A DNA stretch of 64,000 nt, taken from positions 12,059,337 to 12,123,336 of the forward strand of contig CM082586.2 of NCBI GenBank assembly GCA_040954595.2. The letters are read 5' to 3'. Made by a program: the position numbers and the translations under genes. The notes below the pieces were generated by a model, which was not told the origin of the DNA, searched no databases, and saw only the letters and a list, made by a program, of their open reading frames with translations. Positions 11,301 through 20,800 of the stretch are shown one piece after another (position 1 is the stretch's first letter; each line of letters begins with the position of its first letter). The stretch comes from Balanoglossus misakiensis. Its lineage: Eukaryota > Animalia > Hemichordata.

Positions 11301-14185
11301 CCCTTATACTCGGCTCCGCAATCAAACACCACCCTGATCTTCTTTTTCTTGGGATGGTATATCCCATGGTGTGGAATGTACCATTTCTTTCCCTCTTCAC
11401 ACTGCAGCTCTTGTTCCGGTATCTTCTCAGCATAGCCTCTATTGATGACCTCATTCATGAAGGCTTTGTAATCATCATGATACTGTTGATCCCGCAGAAA
11501 TTTACGTTTCAGATGAGTAATCCGTTGCTCAGCTACCGATCTGTTATCTGGCATCTTTACATCAGAATGTCGAAATGGTAGAGGCACCTGGTAGTGACCG
11601 TCCTCAAACTTTGTATTCGCCACCACCGTGTCCATGAACTTCTTATCCTCAACTGACCTTTCTGGTTTATCATCAATGGTTCTCTCACTGAACTCATGAT
11701 TGAAATAGTTCGCCAACTGCTGCTCAATTGGTACTCCCACCTGGATTCTGTGCACTGATGCTTGAGCTGCTGGGTCACCGGCCCCCTTAAGAGGTCCATT
11801 CACAGCCCATCCTAGTAAAGTTCTAACAGCATATGGTCCCTCATTTTGGCTGTTGATAACTTCCCATGGCTCAAATGCCTTGGATACATTGTTCCCAATT
11901 AGCAGACCAATTTCTGCATCGATACTTGGCAAATGTACATCACGCAAGTATGGCCACTGTGATATGTCTTTCTGTGTCACTATGTCCTGCTTTGACACTG
12001 GCATTTCATCCTGGGTATATGTAACAGGAAGTGTTATGGCATTCTTACCATCCAAGTCTGTGACCTCTAGGCCTTTCAACACGTACGTGTCAACCATTTT
12101 CGTCTCTGTTATGGTGTGAAGATTCAACTTGGTCTTCTTTCCACCGACATTCAGGCGCTGTTTGATTTTCTCAGTGCAGAAGACTGCATCACTGCCATTG
12201 TCCAAAAATGCATATGTCTGTACAGACGCACCGGTGGATTTGCATCTCACTACCACTGGTAATATTACTGGAACGCCAGTAAGGTCCTTGGCCACAATGT
12301 TCTGACGGGTTACATCTACGTAGCCGATTTTGACTTCACCACAACCACTGCTAATACTGCTCACAGGGGTATTGGCTTCAGTTTTTTCTCGGTGCAACAC
12401 TGTCGGGTGTTGTCGTTTGCATACGTCACATGTTAACTTGTTGCCACAGTCCTTGACCAGGTGATTGGTATTTCTCAGACATCCATAACACAAGCCCTTG
12501 GATCTGAGGAACTGTATTCTCTCCTTAAAGGGTTTGGTTGCCAACATCTTGCAACTGTTCAAGTTGTGTGTTGATTCCTTACAATGTGCACAAGTAACAG
12601 AATGAGTACTTTCTGTATTTACAGCGAAACTGGTGCCCCTGGGTCTTGGGCTGGACTTCTTTTCATGCTTGAAGTTAGCACTCTTTTCCTTGTGTGGTGT
12701 ATTGTTCAGGTTTCCAAATATCACATTTGACATCACTTCAGCTTCAGTATTCACGAATTCAACAAGATCCTTGAATACAACTGGGCGTTTTTGTAGCAAC
12801 TCATGCGTTTTTCTTCGCCATTTGTCTCTAAGTTTGTATGGCAACTTATCTACAAGCATCTGTAGGTTTTTGTAGTGATCCAGTTCCCTCAGGTGAAGGT
12901 CACCCTGCATAGCGTTCTCACATTTCACCAGAAACAGTGAAAATTTGTTCATAGCAATCTTATCTTCAGACTTGATATCTGGCCATTTCTCAGCCTGGCT
13001 AGCATACGCTTGAGAAATTATATGAGCATTACCGTATTTTTTGTCCAACAGTTTTTTGGCCCTGGTATACCCTTCTGCTGGGTCCATAAACATGCAACTG
13101 CTTACGATTTCCTGTGGGTCCTCATCTGTGTACTGTTCCAAGTAGTACAGCCTTTCCTCACTGTCATCAGTCTTCATTTCAATGCCATGTTTGAATGCCC
13201 GCATGAATGACTTGTATTTCAATGGGTCTCCCCTGAAGATAGGTATCTTCTGAGGTGGCAATGCAGCCCGTTTATTGTGATCAATGAGTAGTTTAGTCAT
13301 TTGGGTCTGTTGCTGCATCACTGTAGAAAGCCCTTCTTCCATGGAACCATGACTGCTGTTGCTACCAGCATCCTGATTATCTTTCTGCATTACTGGTTTA
13401 TGAGTAGAAATGTCTGCCAAGTCTGGAGGTCCTTGGGCTACTGCACCATCAGCATGCTCTTCAAATTGCTCATACACTTTGATTTTAGCATCTTGCATGG
13501 CAATTTCTGTGTTAAGTACTAAAAGTTCTTTTTTTCTTTGTAGTTCAGCTTCACGCTCTTCTATGGCCTGCCTTTCTTTTAATGCTGCTGCTTGTACTAA
13601 CAGTTCAGCTCTCTTCGCCACTGCACTGATTTTAGAAGCATTGCTACTTCTGCTGCTGGCTTTACTACAGGCTGAAACTTCACTGCCACTTGTTTGTGAT
13701 TTGCCTGTTCTCACCTGCAGTTTAGGTTCAATCTGTGAAACACTGTCAGATGGTTTCACGTCCAGTTCTGCATGCATGGCTGCTCTTTCAACTTTTCTCA
13801 ACCAACTTTCCACTTCACCCCTAAAATTGTCAAACTCCTGTAAACGAGGGGCTACAAGACGCTGGTAATCTTGTTTTCCTTCTGCTTCATCCAATACACT
13901 ATGGTATTTGCTATCTGCTGCGCAGAAATTGTCAAATGCATGACGCCATTCATGTAGTTTGTTTTTTACTTTCTCCATATTACGCATGTCTCCCATCAAG
14001 ACTTTAATTTGGTTCATTTTTCCAGTCACCTGTCCACATGCAGCCGACCTGGAACCTTTCAACATTCTTTTTTCTTCATCCAGTCCTTTTTCAGTTTGCA
14101 CTGATTCATGCTTGAGTGGTGCTTTATCGCCGTAATTCATAGCGTCAGTGTCTTCCCATACATCATCTTCTTCTTTATTGCTCAT
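8333..14185 (-). CDS. BEL/Pao Gag-Pol polyprotein, 1,950 aa from the first ATG (MSNKEEDD...)
   Basis: Open, uninterrupted frame. The ORF track starts at a GTG at 14203; the first ATG is at 14185. Motifs: Gag FRGDPLKY..F; three Zn knuckles CAHC..H..C, CYGC..H..C and CDVC..HPTVLH (~12397-12592); aspartic protease FLDNGS (~12191-12208); RT YIPHHGIYHPKK.KIRVVFD and YVDD (10952-10963); Pao-type RNase H HHFSDAS (~10406-10426); integrase H..GH..CVAC, DYFGP (~9191-9205), SDNG and GVWER; C-terminal FWKRW..EYL/WPMGRV domain. No env. Confidence 0.97.
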   Translation of the reverse strand: MSNKEEDDVWEDTDAMNYGDKAPLKHESVQTEKGLDEEKRMLKGSRSAACGQVTGKMNQIKVLMGDMRNMEKVKNKLHEWRHAFDNFCAADSKYHSVLDEAEGKQDYQRLVAPRLQEFDNFRGEVESWLRKVERAAMHAELDVKPSDSVSQIEPKLQVRTGKSQTSGSEVSACSKASSRSSNASKISAVAKRAELLVQAAALKERQAIEEREAELQRKKELLVLNTEIAMQDAKIKVYEQFEEHADGAVAQGPPDLADISTHKPVMQKDNQDAGSNSSHGSMEEGLSTVMQQQTQMTKLLIDHNKRAALPPQKIPIFRGDPLKYKSFMRAFKHGIEMKTDDSEERLYYLEQYTDEDPQEIVSSCMFMDPAEGYTRAKKLLDKKYGNAHIISQAYASQAEKWPDIKSEDKIAMNKFSLFLVKCENAMQGDLHLRELDHYKNLQMLVDKLPYKLRDKWRRKTHELLQKRPVVFKDLVEFVNTEAEVMSNVIFGNLNNTPHKEKSANFKHEKKSSPRPRGTSFAVNTESTHSVTCAHCKESTHNLNSCKMLATKPFKERIQFLRSKGLCYGCLRNTNHLVKDCGNKLTCDVCKRQHPTVLHREKTEANTPVSSISSGCGEVKIGYVDVTRQNIVAKDLTGVPVILPVVVRCKSTGASVQTYAFLDNGSDAVFCTEKIKQRLNVGGKKTKLNLHTITETKMVDTYVLKGLEVTDLDGKNAITLPVTYTQDEMPVSKQDIVTQKDISQWPYLRDVHLPSIDAEIGLLIGNNVSKAFEPWEVINSQNEGPYAVRTLLGWAVNGPLKGAGDPAAQASVHRIQVGVPIEQQLANYFNHEFSERTIDDKPERSVEDKKFMDTVVANTKFEDGHYQVPLPFRHSDVKMPDNRSVAEQRITHLKRKFLRDQQYHDDYKAFMNEVINRGYAEKIPEQELQCEEGKKWYIPHHGIYHPKKKKIRVVFDCGAEYKGTSLNKELMQGPDLTNSLLGVLTRFRQEPVAMMADVESMFSQVAVPKASCDFQRFLWWTDGDTSNPPEEYRMKVHIFGATSSPSCANYALKKTADDCAEHHEEDVVNTIKKDFYVDDMLKSVPTEETGRGLSKNLRSACSRGGFRLTKWVSNRRSVLESIPEEERAKEIKDLDLDQDSLPIERALGMQWDVESDRFGFNITMKDKPATRRGILSIVSSVFDPLGLAAPAILPAKIILQDLCKQKLDWDEKMPVKLQKRWEKWMNDLPKLEENCFVNRCLKPDGFGEAVSVQLHHFSDASELGYGTVSYLRMVNGHGDVHCALLLSKTRVAPLKQITVPRMELAAATLAVRVDRSLKGELDVQVDDTFFWTDSMTVLRYINNETARFHTYVANRVTLIREGSEPRQWHYIESSQNPADECSRGQPVDKFLKNERWMNGPKFLSKPELEWFENPEANHSDELLSDDPEVKRVAAVKVCDVDESRNTVCKLLDHYSSWYALKKAVAHVLRVKQMLIDKSKSKTAGKIGEAHLCMQSRQISVQDLKRAEHAIIKFVQQDAFPEEISMLKGSNVDGNGVKRNSPIYKLDPVIGDGGLLRVGGRISRAALPEDMKHPLIIPKGTHVSKLILRDIHESIGHMGRNSMLARLREWYWMVGANSAARELINKCVACRRFRAKPGEQKMADLPVDRLTPGEPPFSRVGVDYFGPIEIKRGRSVVKRYGVMFTCLSSRAVHLEKADSLDTDSCINALRRFIARRGSVKEIRSDNGTNLVGAQRELKREIDNWNQDKIHGFLLRRGIDWIFNPPAGSHFGGVWERQIRTVRQLLQAIAKEQLLDDEGLETLLCEVEHIINSRPITTPSDDVGDLEVLTPSMLLTMKGSSLSPSLTEKSDLYTRRRWRQVQYMADLFWKRWIKEYLPTLQERQKWLKPKPNLAVGDVVLMVDESSPRCSWPMGRVIEVMPDSKGLVRRVKLKTRSTVLERPIDKLCLLLEVD

Positions 14186-14314
14186 TTTTGTAGTTTGATG
14201 CACTGATATTGTCCAGAAAGAATGTACTCACTGTCGTACTGTTACACAGCAAACAAAGTGTTTCTCACCACACAGACTGTACTGGCCTTTGTTACAGAGT
14301 CTCTTCTCTGTCCA

Positions 14315-14327
14315 ACAAAAGTTTTAC
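14315..14327 (-). promoter_or_regulatory. Non-tRNA primer-binding site, complementary to LTR-internal 14690-14702
   Basis: The minus strand after the 5' LTR reads ACA|TA GTAAAACTTTTGT TGG, with no TGG start. It is a perfect 13-nt complement of ACAAAAGTTTTAC at 14702-14690 on the minus strand. Confidence 0.65.
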
Positions 14328-14329
14328 TA

Positions 14330-14876
14330 TGTAACTGCAACCTACAGGCACTTCCTTTGCAGTCCGTTCACTGAGGGAGGCGACTCTTCCAAGTTTACGG
14401 GTCCCGTTAGCCTATGCGATGTGGCTCACCTTGTAGGTCAAATCGAGGTCATCTGTCGCTGCGTCACCGCCTCGACAGCCATATACGTGTATACAAAGTC
14501 ACTACAGTCCAAGTTATGCGAATTCAAGATGCTGTCCGCATCCTTTAATGTCGCCGGAAAATACTGTAACAACCAACACGTCAAAACGAATACATCCACA
14601 AACTGCCTACCGAAAATAGATCCGCAATAGATCAGTCAACTGTCGACATCTACACCCGAACGGTGGCTCATAGCATCACAAACAGAACCGTAAAACTTTT
14701 GTGTTTTTGGGTCGCCATTCCTCAGGCCTCGTTTTCAATCCAGAATGACCTCAGAGTAAGCATGAAAGGTCACGAAAGGCGCCCTCTCTGGCAGAAACAA
14801 ACAAATCTTGAATTTGCCCTCACAGCAAACAGAGGGTGGCAAAAACACTAAAATAAGGAGAGGTTTGGCGTCTACA
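14330..14876 (-). repeat. 5' LTR (547 bp)
   Basis: Direct repeat of 7467-8013 at offset 6863, lying upstream of the minus-strand polyprotein ORF. Confidence 0.97.
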
Positions 14877-17800
14877 CATCATAAATGGAATTCAAAGAAT
14901 GGTCACATAACGGGCCATGTTTTACAAAAAGACTTTTGTATAGTATCAAGGCTTTGTTTTGGAATAACGAATTCTCTCCAAGATTTAAGTGGAACAGTCA
15001 CAGAATGAAAACAAATATGGAAAGAGTTATGCTGGAATGTTATAAGGGATAGATTAATATTGCAAATAATTTAATTTCTTACATCATAAAATAAATTCAA
15101 AGAATGGTCACATAACAGGATATGTTTTACTAAAAAGACTTATGTTATAGTTTCAAGGCTTTGTTTTGGAATAACGAATTCTCTACAAGATTTAAGTGGA
15201 ACAGTCACAGAATGAAAACAAATATGGAAAGAGTTATGCCGGAATGTTGTAAGGAATAGATTAATATTGCAAATAATTTAATTTCTTACATCATAAATGG
15301 AATTCAAAGAAACGTCACGTAACAAGATATGTATCGTTTCAAGGCTTTGTTTTGGAATAACGAATTCTCTACAAGATTTAAGTGGAACAGTCACAGAATG
15401 AAAACAAATATGGAAAGAGTTATGTTGGTATGTTGTAAGGGATAGATTAATATTGCAAATAATTTTATTTCTTACATCATAAATGGAATTCAAAGAATGG
15501 TCACATAACGGGCCATGTTTTACTAAAAAGACTTATGTATAGTTTCAAGGCTTTGTTTTGGAATAACGAATTCTCTCCAAGATTTAAGTTGAACAGTTAC
15601 AGAATGAAAACAAATATTCAAATAGTTATGCCAGAATGTTGTAAGGGATAGATTAATATTGCAAATAATTTAATTTCTTACATCATAAATGGAATTCAAA
15701 GAATGGTCACATAACGGGCCATGTTTTACAAAAAGACTTTTGTATAGTTTCAAGGCTTTGTTTTGGAATAACGAATTCTCTACAAGATTTAAGTGGAACA
15801 GTCACAGAATGAAAACAAATATGGAAAGAGTTATGCTGGAATGTTATAAGGGATAGATTAATATTGCAAATAATTTAATTTCTTACATCATAAAATGAAT
15901 TCAAAGAATGGTCACATAACAGGATATGTTTTACTAAAAAGACTTATGTTATAGTTTCAAGGCTTTGTTTTGGAATAACGAATTCTCTACAAGATTTAAG
16001 TGGAACAGTCACAGAATGAAAACAAATATGGAAAGAGTTATGCCGGAATGTTGTAAGGAATAGATTAATATTGCAAATAATTTAATTTCTTACATCATAA
16101 ATGGAATTCAAAGAAACGTCACGTAACAAGATATGTATCGTTTCAAGGCTTTGTTTTGGAATAACGAATTCTCTACAAGATTTAAGTGGAACAGTCACAG
16201 AATGAAAACAAATATGGAAAGAGTTATGTTGGTATGTTGTAAGGGATAGATTAATATTGCAAATAATTTAATTTCTTACATCATAAATGGAATTCAAAGA
16301 ATGGTCACATAACGGGCCATGTTTTACTAAAAAGACTTATGTATAGTTTCAAGGCTTTGTTTTGGAATAACGAATTCTCTCCAAGATTTAAGTTGAACAG
16401 TTACAGAATGAAAACAAATATTCAAATAGTTATGCCAGAATGTTGTAAGGGATAGATTAATATTGCAAATAATTTAATTTCTTACATCATAAATGGAATT
16501 CAAAGAATGGTCACATAACGGGCCATGTTTTACAAAAAGACTTTTGTATAGTTTCAAGGCTTTGTTTTGGAATAACGAATTCTCTACAAGATTTAAGTGG
16601 AACAGTCACAGAATGAAAACAAATATGGAAAGAGTTATGCTGGAATGTTATAAGGGATAGATTAATATTGCAAATAATTTAATTTCTTACATCATAAAAT
16701 GAATTCAAAGAATGGTCACATAACAGGATATGTTTTACTAAAAAGACTTATGTTATAGATTCAAGGCTTTGTTTTGGAATAACGAATTCTCTACAAGATT
16801 TAAGTGGAACAGTCACAGAATGAAAACAAATATGGAAAGAGTTATGCCGGAATGTTGTAAGGAATAGATTAATATTGCAAAAAATTTAATTTCTTACATC
16901 ATAAATGGAATTCAAAGACAGGTCACGTAACAGGATATGTATAGTTTCACGCCTTTGTTTTGGAGTAACGAATTCTCTACAAGATTTAAGTGGAACAGTC
17001 ACAGAATGGAAACAAATATGGAAAGAGTTATGCTGAAATGTTGTAAGGGATAGATTAATATTGCATACAATTTAATTTCTTACATCATAAATGGAATTCA
17101 AATAATGGTCACATAACAGGATATGTTTTACTAAAAAGACTTATGTATAGGTTCAATAATTTGTGTTGAAATACCAAATTCTCTACAAGATTTAAGTGGA
17201 ACAGTCACTGAATGAAAACAAATATAGAAAGAGTTATGTCTGAATGTTGTAAGGGATAGATTAATATTGCAAATAATTTAATTTCTTATATCATAAATGG
17301 AATTCAAAGAATGGTCACATAACGGGCCATGTTTTAGTAAAAAGACTTATGTATAGTTTCAAGGCTTTGTTTTGGAATAACGAATTCTCTCCAACATTTA
17401 ATTTGAACAGTTACAGAATGAAAACAAATATTCACATAGTTATGCCAGAATGTTGTAAGGGATAGTTTAATATTGCAAATAATTTAATTTCTTACATCAT
17501 AAATGGAATTCAAAGAATGGTCACATAACGGGCCATGTTTTACAAAAAGACTTAATATGTATAGTTTCAAGGCTTTGTTTTGGAGTAACGAATTCTCTAC
17601 AGGATTTAAGTGGAACAGTCACAGAATGAAAACAAATATGGAAAGAGTTATGCTGGAATGTTGTAAGGGATAGATTAATATTGCAAATAATTTAATTTCT
17701 TACATCATAAAATGAATTCAAAGAATGGTCACATAACAGGATATGTTTTACTAAAAAAACTTATGTATAGTTACAAGGCTTTGTTTTGGAATAACGAATT

Positions 17801-20800
17801 CTCTACAAGATTTAAGTGGAACAGTCACAGAATGAAAACAAATATGGAAAGAGTTATGCTGGAATGTTATAAGGGATAGATTAATATTGCAAATAATTTA
17901 ATTTCTTACATCATAAAATAAATTCAAAGAATGGTCACATAACAGGATATGTTTTACTAAAAAGACTTATGTTATAGTTTCAAGGCTTTGTTTTGGAATA
18001 ACGAATTCTCTACAAGATTTAAGTGGAACAGTCACAGAATGAAAACAAATATGGAAAGAGTTATGCCAGAATGTTGTAAGGAATAGATTAATATTGCAAA
18101 TAATTTAATTTCTTACATCACAAATGGAATTCAAAGAAACGTCACGTAACAGGATATGTATCGTTTCAAGGCTTTGTTTTGGAATAACGAATTCTCTACA
18201 AGATTTAAGTGGAACAGTCACAGAATGAAAACAAATATGGAAAGAGTTATGCCAGAATGTTGTAAGGAATAGATTAATATTGCAAATAATTTAATTTCTT
18301 ACATCACAAATGGAATTCAAAGAAACGTCACGTAACAGGATATGTATCGTTTCAAGGCTTTGTTTTGGAATAACGAATTCTCTACAAGATTTAAGTGGAA
18401 CAGTCACAGAATGAAAACAAATATGGAAAGAGTTATGCTGGAATGTTATAAGGGATAGATTAATATTGCAAATAATTTAATTTCTTACATCATAAAATGA
18501 ATTCAAAGAATGGTCACATAACAGGATATGTTTTACTAAAAAGACTTATGTTATAGATTCAAGGCTTTGTTTTGGAATAACGAATTCTCTACAAGATTTA
18601 AGTGGAACAGTCACAGAATGAAAACAAATATTCAAATAGTTATGCTGGAATGTTGTAAGGGATAGATTAATATTGCAAATAATTTAATTTCTTACATCAT
18701 AAATGAAATTCAAAGAATGGTCACATAACGGGCCATGTTTTACTAAAAAGACTTATGTATAGTTTCAAGGTTTTGTTTTGGAATAACGAATTCTCTATAA
18801 GATTTAAGTGGAATAGTCACAGAATGAAAACAAATATGGAAAGAGTTATGCTGGAATGTTGTAAGGGATAGATTAGAATGTTGTAAGGGATAGATTAATA
18901 TTGCAAATAATTTAATTTCTAACATCATAAAATGAATTCAAAGAATGGTCACATAACAGGATATGTTTTACTAAAAAGACTTATGTTATAGTTTTAAGGC
19001 TTTGTTTTAGAATAACGAATTCTCTACAAGATTTAAGTGGAACAGTCACAGAATGAAAACAAATATGGAAAGAGTTATGCCGGAATGTTGTAAGGAATAG
19101 ATTAATATTGCAAATAATTTAATTTCTTACATTATAAATGGAATTCAAAGAAAGGTCACGTAACAGGATATGTTTTACTAAAAAAACTTATGTATAGTTA
19201 CAAGGTTTTGTTTTGGAATAACGAATTCTCTACAAGATTTAAGTGGAACAGTCACAGAATGAAAACAAATATGGAAAGAGTTATGCTGGAATGTTATAAG
19301 GGATAGATTAATATTGCAAATAATTTAATTTCTTACATCATAAAATAAATTCAAGGAATGGTCACATAACAGGATATGTTTTACTAAAAAGACTTATGTT
19401 ATAGTTTCAAGGCTTTGTTTTGGAATAACGAATTCTCTACAAGATTTAAGTGGAACAGTCACAGAATGAAAACAAATATGGAAAGAGTTATGCCAGAATG
19501 TTGTAAGGAATAGATTAATATTGCAAATAATTTAATTTCTTACATCACAAATGGAATTCAAAGAAACGTCACGTAACAGGATATGTATCGTTTCAAGGCT
19601 TTGTTTTGGAATAACGAATTCTCTACAAGATTTAAGTGGAACAGTCACAGAATGAAAACAAATATGGAAAGAGTTATGCTGGAATGTTATAAGGGATAGA
19701 TTAATATTGCAAATAATTTAATTTCTTACATCATAAAATGAATTCAAAGAATGGTCACATAACAGGATATGTTTTACTAAAAAGACTTATGTTATAGATT
19801 CAAGGCTTTGTTTTGGAATAACGAATTCTCTACAAGATTTAAGTGGAACAGTCACAGAATGAAAACAAATATTCAAATAGTTATGCTGGAATGTTGTAAG
19901 GGATAGATTAATATTGCAAATAATTTAATTTCTTACATCATAAATGAAATTCAAAGAATGGTCACATAACGGGCCATGTTTTACTAAAAAGACTTATGTA
20001 TAGTTTCAAGGTTTTGTTTTGGAATAACGAATTCTCTACAAGATTTAAGTGGAATAGTCACAGAATGAAAACAAATATGGAAAGAGTTATGCTGGAATGT
20101 TGTAAGGGATAGATTAGAATGTTGTAAGGGATAGATTAATATTGCAAATAATTTAATTTCTAACATCATAAAATGAATTCAAAGAATGGTCACATAACAG
20201 GATATGTTTTACTAAAAAGACTTATGTTATAGTTTTAAGGCTTTGTTTTAGAATAACGAATTCTCTACAAGATTTAAGTGGAACAGTCACAGAATGAAAA
20301 CAAATATGGAAAGAGTTATGCCGGAATGTTGTAAGGAATAGATTAATATTGCAAATAATTTAATTTCTTACATCATAAATGGAATTCAAAGAAAGGTCAC
20401 GTAACAGGATATGTATAGTTTCAAGCCTTTGTTTTGGAGTAACGAATTCTCTACAAGATTTAAGTGGAACAGTCACAGAATGAAAACAAATATGGAAAGA
20501 GTTATGCTGAAATGTTGTAAGGGATAGATTAATATTGCATAAAATTTAATTTCTTACATCATAAATGGAATTCAAAGAATGGTCACGTAACAGGATATGT
20601 ATAGTTTCAAGGCTTTGTTTTGGAATAACGAATTCTCTACAAGATTTAAGTTGAACAGTCACAGAATGAAAACAAATATGGAAAGAGTTATGCTGGAATG
20701 TTGTAAGGGATAGATTAATATTGCAAATAATTTAATTTCTTACATCATAAAATGAATTCAAAGAATGGTCACATAACTGGATATGTTTTACTAAAAAGAC

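Larger units (their letters stand above)
7467..14876 (-). mobile_element. Full-length BEL/Pao (Belpaoviridae) LTR retrotransposon, 7,410 bp, recent insertion
   Basis: Two 547-bp direct repeats with TGTA...TACA ends. The 5-bp TSD CATCA (7462-7466 and 14877-14881) splits the satellite motif TTACATCATAAATGG. A single long polyprotein ORF carries BEL/Pao motifs in PR-RT-RH-IN order. Confidence 0.97.

Noticed and set aside
8361-13868. Plus-strand and off-frame ORFs overlapping the polyprotein (up to 194 aa)
   Set aside because: Antisense shadows of a long coding frame with no recognisable motifs.
14309-14314. TGG 16 nt downstream of the 5' LTR as a tRNA PBS start
   Set aside because: Too far from the LTR edge for a standard PBS, and the following sequence (TGGACAGAGAAGAG) is not recognisable to me as a tRNA 3' complement. 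A tRNA search would settle it.
14330-14480. Hammerhead or HDV ribozyme in U5
   Set aside because: The region is structured, but I found no CUGANGA/GAAA core or HDV nested pseudoknot on either strand by eye.
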